64,000 bases of DNA from an uncultured Acidobacteriota bacterium (GTDB lineage: Bacteria > Acidobacteriota > Terriglobia > Terriglobales > Acidobacteriaceae): NCBI GenBank assembly GCA_963825205.1, contig CAWGSE010000016.1, forward strand, positions 27,421-91,420, written 5' to 3'. The translations under genes and the position numbers were made by a program. The notes below the pieces were generated by a model. The model saw only the letters and a program-made list of their open reading frames with translations. It searched no databases and was not told the origin of the DNA. Positions 9,517-19,507 of this stretch are shown in pieces (positions within the stretch are counted from its first letter, which is position 1; every line of letters begins with the position of its first letter).

Positions 9517-10028
9517 CTAGTTGTTCAGGGGGCAGGAAGGCAGGCAGGCGTCGGAGCTGCGGCCGCTGTACCTGTCGGATCAAAGCGCACGACCGCGTCT
9601 TCGGCGAGCAGAAGTCGCGGGTACCGGTCTGCTGGAATACGATCGGCATCCGTTGACCGAAATAGCGAGCGTTGATACCATTGCGACTGCAACCACGCCG
9701 CTGTGAAGGTGTAGCCGCTCTTGCCGCTGCTGGGAGGCGTGCCGTTCTGTGGCCAGGTTGTTGTCAATCAGGCAAGCTGGCAACTTGCCGGCGCGCAAGG
9801 CGAAGGCGCCGCCCAGAGCTGGCCAGAGCCGCATACCCGGTGCGCCGGATAGGCGGAGTAATAGCTGACTTCGGCTGTGTTGACGGTACGAATGGAGCTG
9901 GCCGCGGACGACTCGTTAGCCGCCATACGCGCGCGCAGCAGGTTCGGAATAGCGATGGCCGCGATAATCAGGATGATCGCAACCACGATCAGCAACTCGA
10001 TCAGTGAGAAACCCTTTTGTTTCCGCAT
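9517..10028 (-). pseudogene. Prepilin-type gene, copy 3, with multiple frameshifts
   Basis: ORF 9768..10028 starts with the same leader as copy 2. Pilin-like segments continue in other frames: ACLIDNNLAT in 9580..9834, SGKSGYTFTA and AEDAVVRFDP in 9525..9767, PIVFQQTGTRDFCS in 9281..9649. It ends ...PLNN* at 9517-9519. Confidence 0.75.
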
Positions 10029-10098
10029 TTCGTATTTTCCTCGTCTCTAGTGTTTTGACTTTCTGAACTTGGTCGCAATCGACCGACACCTGTTTGAT

Positions 10099-10114
10099 GG
10101 CACTTCCGGTGCCA
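10099..10114 (-). promoter_or_regulatory. Sigma-54 type promoter candidate for pilin copy 3
   Basis: Minus strand reads TGGCAC-CGGAA-GTGCC, 71-86 nt upstream of ATG 10028. Confidence 0.45.
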
Positions 10115-10368
10115 AATTTCCCGGTGACCTCAGTCTCCACCACCTAAAGGGGTTAAGGTCCGCCGTTTGAAAGATTCACCACCCTTTGGTAACCACTCCA
10201 TCCCCTCACTATTTCTCGCGCCGGTGCCGCTTCTTGACAATTTTCGTCAATCTCACCAACAAACCTTGTCGTTATTTTCTCTGTTTTCAGCGGACTGCTC
10301 CTGGAGCCCAAGCGAGCGTCCTGCCCGCGAAATCCATCCTTCCTGGGCGAGCTTCCAACCCATTCACG

Positions 10369-10403
10369 CAAAGAGAAAAGCAGCGGAAGTTTCCTTCCGC
10401 TGC
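10369..10403 (-). terminator. Intrinsic terminator (orphan copy of the pilin 3' module)
   Basis: The minus-strand RNA reads GCAGCGGAAG-GAAA-CUUCCGCUGC followed by UUUUCUCUUUG. It is nearly identical to the terminator at 9434-9474. Confidence 0.65.
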
Positions 10404-10453
10404 TTTCCGGCTTGTACCCTCCCCCAGGTACTTCGCCAGCTTGTTAGAAAGAT

Positions 10454-10687
10454 CTAAAACAACACTCGGACTGGTGGCACGTGCCATGCCAACCCTTCAT
10501 CCCTCTCCGGGTGCACGCATTCGCCGGTGTCGTCGAAGGAAATCACGAACTTAGCAGTCGTCACTGCGCGGTGCGCTCCCGTGGCACCCTCTTTGGGATG
10601 AAACGAAAGGGCGGGCGTGACAAGTTCCGTCAGTCAATTTGTGTCGGTAATGTCCGTAACCACGTTGCCAGAGGCATCCTCGATCAT
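10454..10687 (-). other. Possible small ORF (78 codons) with an in-frame TGA at 10634-10636; coding status uncertain
   Basis: My translation: MIEDASGNVVTDITDTN-TGA-LTELVTPALSFHPKEGATGAHRAVTTAKFVISFDDTGECVHPERDEGLAWHVPPVRVLF*. The stop lies 17 nt before the conserved stem-loop plus terminator module. Confidence 0.2.
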
Positions 10688-10755
10688 GACCCGCGTTCGC
10701 CTGAGGCGGTGCCCGGCAAGAAGCCGGCAAGCCTGCATCTTTACTTATAGGCTGG

Positions 10756-11916
10756 ATGACTCAGCCGCGATCGCTGACGTCGGGGCAACGCCTGTCTTAC
10801 AATGGCTGGCCCGTGACCCCGGACCCCATGACCCCGCCCCAGTCCTCGCTGATCGACGCCGATATCGCCCGCGCCTGGACCCTGCCGTCCCATCTCTACG
10901 TCGATCCCGCCGTCGCTGCACAGGAGAAAGACAGAATCTTTTCCCGTACCTGGCAGGTCATCGGACACCATGAGCAGGTTGCCGAGCCGGGTGACTATTT
11001 CACGACCCAACTGGTCGGCGAGCCGTTGCTCATCGTCCGCGGCGCCGATCACCAGCTGCGCGGCTTCTACAATGTCTGCCGCCATCGTGCCGGGCCGCCC
11101 GCCGAAGGCTGCGGATCGCGCAAGTTGTTCCGCTGCACCTATCACGGCTGGACCTACAATCTCGACGGCTCGCTCAACCATGCCACCGAGATCGATGGCG
11201 TCGAAGGATTCAGGCCCGAAGACTTCGCGCTCGCGCCCGTGCGCTGTGAGGAGTGGCTCAATCTCATCTTTGTAAATCTTGACGCCGATGCCGTCTCGCT
11301 GGTTGAAAGCCTCGGCGAACTCGCGCCACAAGCCGAGCGCTTCCCGTTCGCGACCATGAAACTTTTCGAGCGCCGCACCTACGACATGAAGTGCAACTGG
11401 AAAACCTACGTCGACAACTATCTCGAGGGCTATCACCTGCCTACCGTGCATCCCGGCCTGAACCGCGAGCTCGACTTCAACGCCTACACGGTCGAGCCTT
11501 ACGCGCACCACGTTCGCCAGTGGAGCCCGATCCGCGGAGCGCAGCCCGGGGACGCGACTCCGCGCCGCTACCAGGAAGCCCGTGAAGGCCTGACCACCGA
11601 CTATTTCTGGGCGTTCCCGAACTGGATGCTTAACTGCTATCCCGACAACGTCTCGCTGAACGTCGTGCTTCCGCTGGACGCAGAGCGCAGCCTGGCTATC
11701 TTTGAGTGGTATCTGCCCGAGAAGGAACTGGGAAGCGAAGCCGCCCAGGCCGCGGTGCGCTTCAGCGATGAAATTCAACTGGAAGACATTGCCATTTGCG
11801 AGGCGGTGCAGAAGAACCTGCGCTCGCGCAGCTACCAACGCGGCCGTTTCAGCGTGAAGCAAGAGAGGGGCGTCCACGCCTTTCACAGGATGTACGCCGC
11901 GGCGATGACCACGTAG
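10756..11916 (+). CDS. Rieske [2Fe-2S] aromatic-ring-hydroxylating oxygenase alpha-subunit-like protein
   Basis: Rieske motif CRHRAGP...CTYHGWTY. The C-terminal catalytic domain contains [14 protein letters not shown]. The start may be ATG 10828. Confidence 0.85.
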   Translation: MTQPRSLTSGQRLSYNGWPVTPDPMTPPQSSLIDADIARAWTLPSHLYVDPAVAAQEKDRIFSRTWQVIGHHEQVAEPGDYFTTQLVGEPLLIVRGADHQLRGFYNVCRHRAGPPAEGCGSRKLFRCTYHGWTYNLDGSLNHATEIDGVEGFRPEDFALAPVRCEEWLNLIFVNLDADAVSLVESLGELAPQAERFPFATMKLFERRTYDMKCNWKTYVDNYLEGYHLPTVHPGLNRELDFNAYTVEPYAHHVRQWSPIRGAQPGDATPRRYQEAREGLTTDYFWAFPNWMLNCYPDNVSLNVVLPLDAERSLAIFEWYLPEKELGSEAAQAAVRFSDEIQLEDIAICEAVQKNLRSRSYQRGRFSVKQERGVHAFHRMYAAAMTT

Positions 11917-11917
11917 C

Positions 11918-11937
11918 GACAGACGCTCTCGTCTGTC
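11918..11937 (+). terminator. Hairpin after the Rieske gene (GACAGACG-CTCT-CGTCTGTC), no U-tract
   Basis: A perfect 8-bp stem immediately follows the stop at 11914-11916. It lacks a T-run, so it may be a repeat-type hairpin rather than a classic terminator. Confidence 0.3.
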
Positions 11938-12019
11938 CCCCGAACCATGTAGAAACGCCCTCGGGAGCTTGCGCGGACCGAGTGTGCAGCCGGGCGACAA
12001 CTCGGCAAGCGTTCATTCG

Positions 12020-13129
12020 ATGGAGGCACCAAACTTGAGGAATCCACGACTCTGGGCCGTAATCGCCACCTTCTTCCTTCTCGCCGCCGAAACCCTCGCC
12101 CAGTCTCCCGACCCGGTCGATGCCTACATCCACTCGGCCATGCAGCAGCGCCAGATCCCCGGCCTTGCCCTGCTCGTCGTCCGTGACGGACAGATCATCA
12201 AGTCCCAGGGATATGGTTTTTCGAACGTCGAACTCCAAGTCCCGGTTAAGCCCGAGACCATTTTTCAGTCCGGGTCCATGGGCAAGCAGTTCACCGCCAC
12301 TGCGGTCATGATGCTGGTGGAGGAAGGGAAGCTCGGGCTCGACGACCCGCTCACCAAATTCTTCCCGGACGCGCCCGCCGCCTGGGGCACCGTCAAAGTC
12401 CGCCACTTGCTCAGTCACACCGCAGGTTTCGGCGACTATCCCGAGAAGTTCGACTTCCGCCGCGACTACACCGAAGACGAGCTTTTGAAAATTGTGGAGA
12501 CCATCCCGCTCGCCTTTGCGCCCGGCTCGAAGTGGGCTTACAGCAACCTCGGCTATCTCACCCTCGGGGTGGTGATCCATCGCGTCTCCGGGCAGTTTTA
12601 CGGCGATTTCCTCCACGATCGCATCTTCCAGCCGCTCGGCATGAACACGCGCATCATGAACGAGGCGGACATCATTCCCAACCGTGCCGCCGGTTATCGC
12701 CTGGTGAAAGGCCAGCTCAAAAATCAGGAATGGGTCTCGCCCACGCTCAACACCACCGCCGACGGCTCCCTCTACTTCACCATCGTCGATCTCGCCAAGT
12801 GGGACGCCGCGCTCTTCACCGAAAAGCTTCTCAAGCGTTCCACCCTCGACCAGATGTGGACCCCCGTGAAACTCAGTGACGGCCGCCCCAATCCCGATCA
12901 TTACGGGTTCGGCTGGTTCATCAACGACGTGCATGGCCATCGCATCCTCGAGCACGCCGGAGCCTGGCAGGGCTTCAATACCAACATCTCACGCTACGTC
13001 GATGACAAGCTCACGATCGTAGTGCTGGCCAATCTCGCTGACTGCCATCCCGATGAAATCACCCATCACGTCGCCGGACTCTACCTTCCCGCTCTGACGC
13101 CACCGCCGAAAGCTGAGAAAACCAAGTGA
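12020..13129 (+). CDS. Serine hydrolase, beta-lactamase/PBP4* family
   Basis: SxxK motif (SMGK) and YSN motif (YSNLGY). Signal peptide from ATG 12020 ([29 protein letters not shown]). Confidence 0.85.
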   Translation: MEAPNLRNPRLWAVIATFFLLAAETLAQSPDPVDAYIHSAMQQRQIPGLALLVVRDGQIIKSQGYGFSNVELQVPVKPETIFQSGSMGKQFTATAVMMLVEEGKLGLDDPLTKFFPDAPAAWGTVKVRHLLSHTAGFGDYPEKFDFRRDYTEDELLKIVETIPLAFAPGSKWAYSNLGYLTLGVVIHRVSGQFYGDFLHDRIFQPLGMNTRIMNEADIIPNRAAGYRLVKGQLKNQEWVSPTLNTTADGSLYFTIVDLAKWDAALFTEKLLKRSTLDQMWTPVKLSDGRPNPDHYGFGWFINDVHGHRILEHAGAWQGFNTNISRYVDDKLTIVVLANLADCHPDEITHHVAGLYLPALTPPPKAEKTK

Positions 13130-13256
13130 GGGCACCCGGCAGTGCCTCCGCCCGGGAACGTGGCACCCGGCGGATCCGAGCCGAGTCACTCCCATCAGTG
13201 ATCACCGTCACATTGCCCGGGTCGCCCGCTCATCTATAAAAGACCCACTTCAAAAG

Positions 13257-13682
13257 GTGAGGCCAGACATGGGGACTCTCGTAGCGCCCAACGAACTCAA
13301 GGCACAACTCATCGCGATCGGCTCCCGAATCCGCAGTACGCGTGGCAGCTTCCTGTTCCATCGCGGGGACGCCGTCACCGGCATTTTCCTGGTCTCCACC
13401 GGCGCAGTCCAACTGGGACTTGCGGAGCGGCCCGCGGCATTTCTTTCGCGGCACGCAGGGCCGGGATCCGTTCTGGGGCTGCCGGCGGTGCTCTCCAACT
13501 CGCCTTACAGTCTCAGTGCCGAGGCTGTCAAGGATTCGGAACTGGTATACATCCCCCGCGAACGGTTGCTCGATCTGCTCCGCGACAAGCCGGACCTGTG
13601 CATGCTCGTCATCGAGGTCCTGACCGAGGAACTGTCTCAAACGCGCAGCGCTCTCGAACGCGCCCACAAGCTCGCCTGCTAG
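13257..13682 (+). CDS. Cyclic nucleotide-binding domain protein (no DNA-binding domain)
   Basis: FHRGDAVTGIFLVSTGAVQL...GPGSVLGLPAVL... is typical of a cNMP-binding beta-roll. Only 141 aa. Confidence 0.7.
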   Translation: MRPDMGTLVAPNELKAQLIAIGSRIRSTRGSFLFHRGDAVTGIFLVSTGAVQLGLAERPAAFLSRHAGPGSVLGLPAVLSNSPYSLSAEAVKDSELVYIPRERLLDLLRDKPDLCMLVIEVLTEELSQTRSALERAHKLAC

Positions 13683-13865
13683 ATGGAATAGATCGCGAGC
13701 ACCGCATCGCGCCAGGATCGCGGCGATGCCGACGTCGCTCAGTTCCTATGTCCTGCTGGTGACGCTCTTCACCTTCGATCAACTATCCCGAAATCGCCAA
13801 CCGATCTGACTACTTTCGCGTGACCCGGAATGCCCTCGGTCCATGCTTGGGTTCTTCGCAGGACG

Positions 13866-15110
13866 CTAGCGATCGTCCCGGGCCTTGACCCGGACCTCGG
13901 CCAATCGCCGTTCGAGGAATCGGCGCTCGGCGTCATTGCTGACCAGTGCGAGTGCCGTCGTGTAATCCGCTTCTGCCTCGCTCCAACGTCCCACGCGCCG
14001 TAACAGGTCGGCCCGCGCCGCGGGCAGCAGGTAGTAGCCGGCGAGCGCTTTGCGCCCTTCCAATTCGTCCAGCAAACGCAATCCTTCGGGAACGCCGTGC
14101 GCCATCGCCACGGCTACCGCCCGGTTTAATTCCACCACCGGCGAAGGCTGGATGTGCAACAGCAATTCATAGAGCGCCGCGATCTGGTGCCAGTCCGTCG
14201 CCTGCGCGCTCTCGGCTTGCGCGTGTAGCGCCGCGATCGCGGCCTGCAAGGCGTAGGGGCCTTTGGCTCCTCGCGCCAGCGAGTTCTCGACCAGTTCGAG
14301 GCCTTCTGCGATCTGTTCGCGATGCCAGCGGCTGCGATCCTGCTCTTCGAGCAGCACGATCTCTCCCGAGCCGGTGACCCGCGCATCCCACCGGGAATCA
14401 TGCAAGAGCATCAGTGCCAGCAGCGCCTGCGCCTCGGCCTGGCCGGGCATCAAGGCGTGCAGCAGGCGTCCCAGCCGGATCGCTTCATGGCAAAGCTCGC
14501 GCCGCACCAGAGCGTCGCCCGCGCTGGCGTTGTAGCCTTCGTTGAAGACGAGATACACCACCAGCAGCACGGTCTCCAGCCGCTCGGCCAGTTCTTCCTC
14601 CGCCGGAACCCGGTAGGGAATGCCCGCATCGCGAATCTTTTGCTTGGCGCGTACCAGTCGCTGCGCCATGGTGGGCAAGGGCACCAGGAAGGCACGGGCA
14701 ATTTCCTCCGTGCTCAGGCCGCAGAGCGTGCGCAATGTCAGAGGCACCTGCGCCTCCCGGGCCAGGGCCGGATGACAGCACGTAAAGATCAGCCGCAACC
14801 GGTCATCTTTGAGCATGGTCTCTTCCGGCGCCTCGGCCACCTGTTCCGCCAGCACCTTCAGCCGCGCCAGTTCGTCCCGCTTCGCTTCGAGAAAGGCCCG
14901 GCGCCGCAGCGCGTCGACCGCCTTGTTCCGCCCCGCGGAAACCAGCCATGCGCGCGGGTTCGCGGGCGTCCCCGTGTGCGGCCACTGCGCCAGCGCGAGG
15001 GCGAACGCCTCCTGCACCGCCTCCTCGGCCAGATCGAAGTCGCCGAGAAGGCGGATCAACGTGGCGAGGATCCTTCCGGATTCCTCGCGATAGATTTGCT
15101 CAATGGTCAT
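13866..15110 (-). CDS. ECF-type RNA polymerase sigma factor with long C-terminal helical extension
   Basis: ORF 13866..15152. Start placed at ATG 15110 (MTIEQIYREESGRILATLIRLLGDFDLAEEAVQEAF). Sigma-70 region 2 and 4-like segments. It is co-oriented with an upstream YciI gene, a pairing I recall for this sigma group. Confidence 0.8.
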   Translation of the reverse strand: MTIEQIYREESGRILATLIRLLGDFDLAEEAVQEAFALALAQWPHTGTPANPRAWLVSAGRNKAVDALRRRAFLEAKRDELARLKVLAEQVAEAPEETMLKDDRLRLIFTCCHPALAREAQVPLTLRTLCGLSTEEIARAFLVPLPTMAQRLVRAKQKIRDAGIPYRVPAEEELAERLETVLLVVYLVFNEGYNASAGDALVRRELCHEAIRLGRLLHALMPGQAEAQALLALMLLHDSRWDARVTGSGEIVLLEEQDRSRWHREQIAEGLELVENSLARGAKGPYALQAAIAALHAQAESAQATDWHQIAALYELLLHIQPSPVVELNRAVAVAMAHGVPEGLRLLDELEGRKALAGYYLLPAARADLLRRVGRWSEAEADYTTALALVSNDAERRFLERRLAEVRVKARDDR

Positions 15111-15262
15111 GCACCGCTTTCGCAGGCCGGGCTGGGCGCGGAGATTGCCCACTTCGCCTTCGGCTGCCAGCTCTCCTGATTCCAGTAATTGCGGAGGGCG
15201 CCGATAACCGAGAGCGGAACGATGAAGTTGAGCTCCGTCTCCCGCCGCGGCCCGGACTGAGT

Positions 15263-15619
15263 TTAGGGCCGGTCCCGGCCAACCAGTGGCCGAACCTCGA
15301 TCGACCCGAAACGCGCCGACGGGACCCGGGCTGCAATCGCCACCGCATCGTCCAGATCTTTCGCCTCGATCAGGTAGTAGCCGCCCAGCTGTTCCTTGGT
15401 TTCGGCAAAGGGGCCGTCGGTGACCAGTTTCTTCCCGTCGCGCACGCGTACGGTGGTGGCCTTCGACACGGGATGCAGTTGGCTGCCCGCGCGATAGTGT
15501 CCGCTCTGGTCGATGCTCTTGGAAAATTCCCCATATTCTTTCATCATGTTGCCCTGCTCGGCTTGGCTGAGCTTTCCCCAGTCGCTCTCCTTGTCATAGA
15601 TCAGCAGCAGATATTGCAT
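15263..15619 (-). CDS. YciI family protein
   Basis: Internal ATG 15619 (AAGGAGG upstream) gives MQYLLLIYDKESDW...VTDGPFAETKEQLGGYYLIEAKDLDDAV, typical of YciI. Confidence 0.85.
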   Translation of the reverse strand: MQYLLLIYDKESDWGKLSQAEQGNMMKEYGEFSKSIDQSGHYRAGSQLHPVSKATTVRVRDGKKLVTDGPFAETKEQLGGYYLIEAKDLDDAVAIAARVPSARFGSIEVRPLVGRDRP

Positions 15620-15908
15620 GTGGATCGGGCCTCCTTGCCCTTCACCGGTTAGTCGAACGGAGTCGCCCACGATCGACAGTCCGCCGTAACTATTTTCTCT
15701 CGGGAATCTCCCACCCGTTGTCACCCTGAGCAACGAGGCGTAAGCCGACCGCCGTCGAAGAACCCCTTATCTGCCGACGCTACCCGAGATCAGGAAAGGC
15801 ATTTTCGGCCCCGGGCCCGCTCTACGCCCAGCTTTGCCAAGCGGTTCCGATGATCGCTTCCTTGCGCGCACCTTCCCGCCTCATCCTCACATCCAATCAA
15901 ATGTATCT

Positions 15909-16943
15909 ATGAAAAACACCCGCGTCGTCATTACCGCACACGGTGGCCCCGAAGTTCTGAAAGTCATCGAAGAAGACCTCCCCGAGCCCGGTCGCGGAGA
16001 AGTCCGCCTGAAAGTACTGGCCACCGGCGTCGCCTTCGCCGACGTTCTCATGCGCTACGGCATGTATCCGAATACGCCGCCACTCCCATTTTCTCCCGGT
16101 TATGACGTGGTGGGTGTAATTGACAAGGTGGGAGAAGGCGTTTCGAACTGGGCTCCGGATGCGACTGTCGCCGCTCTCATAATGGTCGGTGGCTATTCCC
16201 AGTATGTTTGCGTTCCGGCCAGCGAACTCACGCACGTTCCCGCCGGCGTCGATCCCGCCGAGGCAGTCAGCCTGGTTCTGAATTACGTCACCGCGCTGCA
16301 GCTCATCCACCGCATCGCCATCCTGGAATCCGGACAGACGGTGCTCATTCATGGGGCCGCCGGAGGCGTAGGCACGGCCGCGCTCGAATTGGGGAGGCTG
16401 GCGGGGTTGAAGATGTTCGGCACAGCCTCCCGCGGGAAGCATGACCTGGTCACCGCACTCGGCGGTATCCCGATCGACTATAAGACCGATGACTTTGTGG
16501 CCCGCGTGCTCCAGATGACCCAGGGTGTCGGCGTCAATGCGGTGTTCGACGCGGTGGGCGGCAAGAACTGGTGGCGTTCGTACCAGACCTTGCGCGCGGG
16601 AGGAAAAACCTCCGGCGGAAAATTAATCGGCTACGGCATGTCTTCGGTCATCGATCAAGGCAAACCCAGCAAGCTCCGCGGCGGCGTCAGCTTCGCGCTG
16701 CTGGGATTGCTCAGCCTTCTTCCCGACGGAAAATCCGCCCGCTGGTACTCGATCACCACCGAGAAGAAGCGCCACCTCGAATGGTTCCGCGAAGATCTCG
16801 CGCATTTGCTCGACCTGCTCAGGGACAAGAAAATTCAGCCGCAGATCTCCGAGCGTCTGCCCCTGCGCGAAGCCCAGCGCGCCCACGACCTGATCGAGCA
16901 CTCCCGCGTTGCCGGCAAGATTGTCTTGCTACCCCAGCAATAG
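15909..16943 (+). CDS. Zinc-type alcohol dehydrogenase / quinone oxidoreductase (MDR superfamily)
   Basis: Start placed at ATG 15909 (MKNTRVVITAHGGPEVLK). Nucleotide-binding motif GAAGGVG. Confidence 0.85.
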   Translation: MKNTRVVITAHGGPEVLKVIEEDLPEPGRGEVRLKVLATGVAFADVLMRYGMYPNTPPLPFSPGYDVVGVIDKVGEGVSNWAPDATVAALIMVGGYSQYVCVPASELTHVPAGVDPAEAVSLVLNYVTALQLIHRIAILESGQTVLIHGAAGGVGTAALELGRLAGLKMFGTASRGKHDLVTALGGIPIDYKTDDFVARVLQMTQGVGVNAVFDAVGGKNWWRSYQTLRAGGKTSGGKLIGYGMSSVIDQGKPSKLRGGVSFALLGLLSLLPDGKSARWYSITTEKKRHLEWFREDLAHLLDLLRDKKIQPQISERLPLREAQRAHDLIEHSRVAGKIVLLPQQ

Positions 16944-17025
16944 CGCGGCAGAACCAGCCGAAAAGCCGGACCAGAAGTTTGCCATGTCCAGGCCGGAACC
17001 GGCACTCTCGTGAACCTTTGCGGAA

Positions 17026-18201
17026 TCAGACAACCTGGACCAGGAGACAGGTCACGTCGTCATGCTGCGGGGTGTTTCCCACAAACCCATCGAGATCCGC
17101 CAGGATGCGCTGCATCATCTGGGCAGGCTTCGTGTGAGTGCCGCCGGCGATTGCGGCCAGCAACCGCGGCTCGCCATACTCTTCACCGCGCGTGTTCATG
17201 GCCTCGACCACGCCGTCGGTGAAGATCACCAGCCAGTCCCCCGGCGCGAGCACTACGCTGCCCGACTGATAAGGCGCGTCCGCGCTGATCCCGATCGGCA
17301 ACCCGCCCGCATCCAGCCGTTCGAGCGCGCCTGATTTGCGGCACAGCATGGGCTGGTTGTGACCAGCGTTGATATAGCTGAGCGTGCGCGTCGTCGGATC
17401 GAATTCTCCCAGGAACGCCGTGGTGAAGCGAAGCCCACCCTGGCTGTTGGTGCAGGCGTAGCGGTTCATGCTGGTGATCAGTTCGATCAGCGATGACTGA
17501 GTGACCGAGAGCGTCCGCAGGCTGGCCTGAAAGGTTGCCATCAACATCGCTGCCGGAATGCTTTTGCCCGCAACGTCAGCCACGGCAAGCAGTACCCGGT
17601 TCTCCTCCGGCGTGCGTCCCGGACGCGCGAACACGTCGTAGTAATCGCCTGCCACCGTGTTCGCTGCGCGAGTTTGAAACGCGACTTCGATCCCGGGAAT
17701 CACCGGCGGCTGGTTCGGCAGCAGCCAGGTCTGGATCTCGCGCGCGATTTCAAGGTCGCGCTTCATCACCACCCGATCGCCCACTTCCAGAATCAATACC
17801 AGCAACAGCAGCAGACCGCCTAACAAGCGGAAATCGAAGCTGACGACGTGCATGCTTCCCGCTTGATCGTGCAAGCCGATTTGCGGATTGAACACCAGCA
17901 GCACCAACGACAGCAGCAGAAGCACGCGCCGCGCCGGACTCAGCTTCTCCAGCACCGCCCAGAAGAACTGCTGCGCCACATGCCAGACCTGGCGGCCGGG
18001 CCGCGCAACTTCGCTGCCTTTGGCCTCGAGGTCCCGGGAGTACAGCCGGTAACTGGCGCGCGCGTCTTTTTCGAACTGCGCCCAGAGCTGGTTCAGCGCC
18101 AGTCCTTCAGTCATTCGCAGCCAGAAGCGATTGAGCTTTTCCCGAAAACTCAGCCGGGGAGCGGGATGCGGCACCACCGAGGGTGGATAGGACGACGTCA
18201 T
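17026..18201 (-). CDS. PP2C/SpoIIE-family protein serine/threonine phosphatase with N-terminal membrane segments
   Basis: ORF track. AGDYYDVF, LAVADVAGKSIPAAMLMA and LVIFTDGVVEA motifs match an RsbU/SpoIIE-type PP2C domain. Confidence 0.85.
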   Translation of the reverse strand: MTSSYPPSVVPHPAPRLSFREKLNRFWLRMTEGLALNQLWAQFEKDARASYRLYSRDLEAKGSEVARPGRQVWHVAQQFFWAVLEKLSPARRVLLLLSLVLLVFNPQIGLHDQAGSMHVVSFDFRLLGGLLLLLVLILEVGDRVVMKRDLEIAREIQTWLLPNQPPVIPGIEVAFQTRAANTVAGDYYDVFARPGRTPEENRVLLAVADVAGKSIPAAMLMATFQASLRTLSVTQSSLIELITSMNRYACTNSQGGLRFTTAFLGEFDPTTRTLSYINAGHNQPMLCRKSGALERLDAGGLPIGISADAPYQSGSVVLAPGDWLVIFTDGVVEAMNTRGEEYGEPRLLAAIAGGTHTKPAQMMQRILADLDGFVGNTPQHDDVTCLLVQVV

Positions 18202-18374
18202 AAGTCACTTGCGATTATAGAGGTTGGCAAGGCTCGGCACTCGATCACGCGTTCGCGGGTTGAGTTGCACAGGCTTTGCTGTTTGCGCCATAGCTCCGGA
18301 CCTACTGGAAGCCCGATGCGTCGAGACTCCGTCTACCCGCCAGCAATATACGAATCTACAGATTAATCTTCATT

Positions 18375-19253
18375 GTGGAATCCCGCGGTCGCACGTACAT
18401 TGAGACAGCCTTCATGAGAAGAACAAGCACTAGGTCCAGGCCTCGCAGTTCCCCGATTCGTACTCGGGAGTATGAGGAAGCTGACCTTCCCATTTTGGGC
18501 GAGGTGCTTTGTGCGGCCGAGTTGCTTCTCCTGCATGCCGCACCTTTATATTACGGTCTAGGAATACCTCACGGCGATGGCTCGGCGGTGGTCCTTATCC
18601 CTGCTTTTCTGTGTCCCGATGCTTACCTGGCCCCTTTGCATCAATGGCTGGCGCGAATCGGATACAACCCCTTCTTCTCAGGAATCGGCTTCAACGCCGA
18701 GTGTCCCAACCTGCTAATTACGCGTCAATTGAACGAGACCATTGAGAAGGCGCTAGCCAAATCTGGCCGCAAGCTCCATCTCATCGGCCATAGTCTGGGC
18801 GGAATTATTGCCCGCGCGATCGCGGCGCAGCGGCCCGCGGATATAGCCTCGGTCATCACCCTGGGTGCTCCTTTTCGCGGTACGGTCGCACATCCCAGCA
18901 TTTTGCGTGCAGCCGGGATAGTCCGGCGACTCATCCTGGCAAAGCACGCCGGCGACGTGCTTCCCGACTGCTATACCGGTCATTGTACTTGCGACTTCCT
19001 GGGTTCCTTGCGGCACGCGATGCCGCTGTCGGTAACCGAAACCGCTCTCTACAGCGAGGGCGACGGCGTCGTTGACTGGCGATATTGCAAGACAGACCGC
19101 CAGGAAGCGGACTTCCGCGTCTCGGGAACCCATCTTGGGTTGGTCTTCAATCCCTCCGCATACTCCGTCATTGCAGCGCGTTTGGCTCAAGCCAGCTCCG
19201 GAGCGACGAAGTGGAAGCGCAACGCTAGAACATTACTGCAGCTGGATTCGTAA
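18375..19253 (+). CDS. Alpha/beta hydrolase (lipase/esterase-like)
   Basis: Nucleophile elbow GHSLGG. GTG start at 18375; ATG 18414 is an alternative. Confidence 0.75.
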   Translation: MESRGRTYIETAFMRRTSTRSRPRSSPIRTREYEEADLPILGEVLCAAELLLLHAAPLYYGLGIPHGDGSAVVLIPAFLCPDAYLAPLHQWLARIGYNPFFSGIGFNAECPNLLITRQLNETIEKALAKSGRKLHLIGHSLGGIIARAIAAQRPADIASVITLGAPFRGTVAHPSILRAAGIVRRLILAKHAGDVLPDCYTGHCTCDFLGSLRHAMPLSVTETALYSEGDGVVDWRYCKTDRQEADFRVSGTHLGLVFNPSAYSVIAARLAQASSGATKWKRNARTLLQLDS

Positions 19254-19507
19254 ACCAACCGCTCCGTCCTACCCGGCTAGGAGCAGTCTTTTGTTCGCCA
19301 ACGGAAGGTATGTTTCCGAATCGTCGCCAGGCTTGCCATCTACAACTCGGAAACATTCCCGCCAGCCTGCGGCTTTGCTGCTCCTTGCAAACCTGACGAA
19401 TGAGCCGTTAGGAAGCCTGGACTCTGCTCTGGAGCCGGGCCATGTTCGTCAAACTATCTCCCTAGCTGAGCATTAGTGCTCAGATTCCAATTGGACGCCG
19501 GCATAGG

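Noticed and set aside
10481-10750. Plus-strand 89-aa ORF upstream of the Rieske oxygenase gene.
   Set aside because: It has no RBS and no recognisable features. The opposite strand has the more coding-like frame, and that frame ends at a conserved terminator module.
10741-12000. Long ORFs antisense to clear genes. Examples: 10741..12000, 23745..24752, 28161..29162, 31938..33455, 34992..36020, 37053..38036, 39370..40482, 40948..41946, 42805..44220, 44163..45281, 45334..46446, 50130..51179, 52954..53907, 57472..58614 and 61115..61921.
   Set aside because: They are mirror-frame ORFs typical of high-G+C DNA. Their translations are Arg/Gly/Ala/His-rich low-complexity sequence, whereas the opposite strand carries recognisable catalytic motifs.
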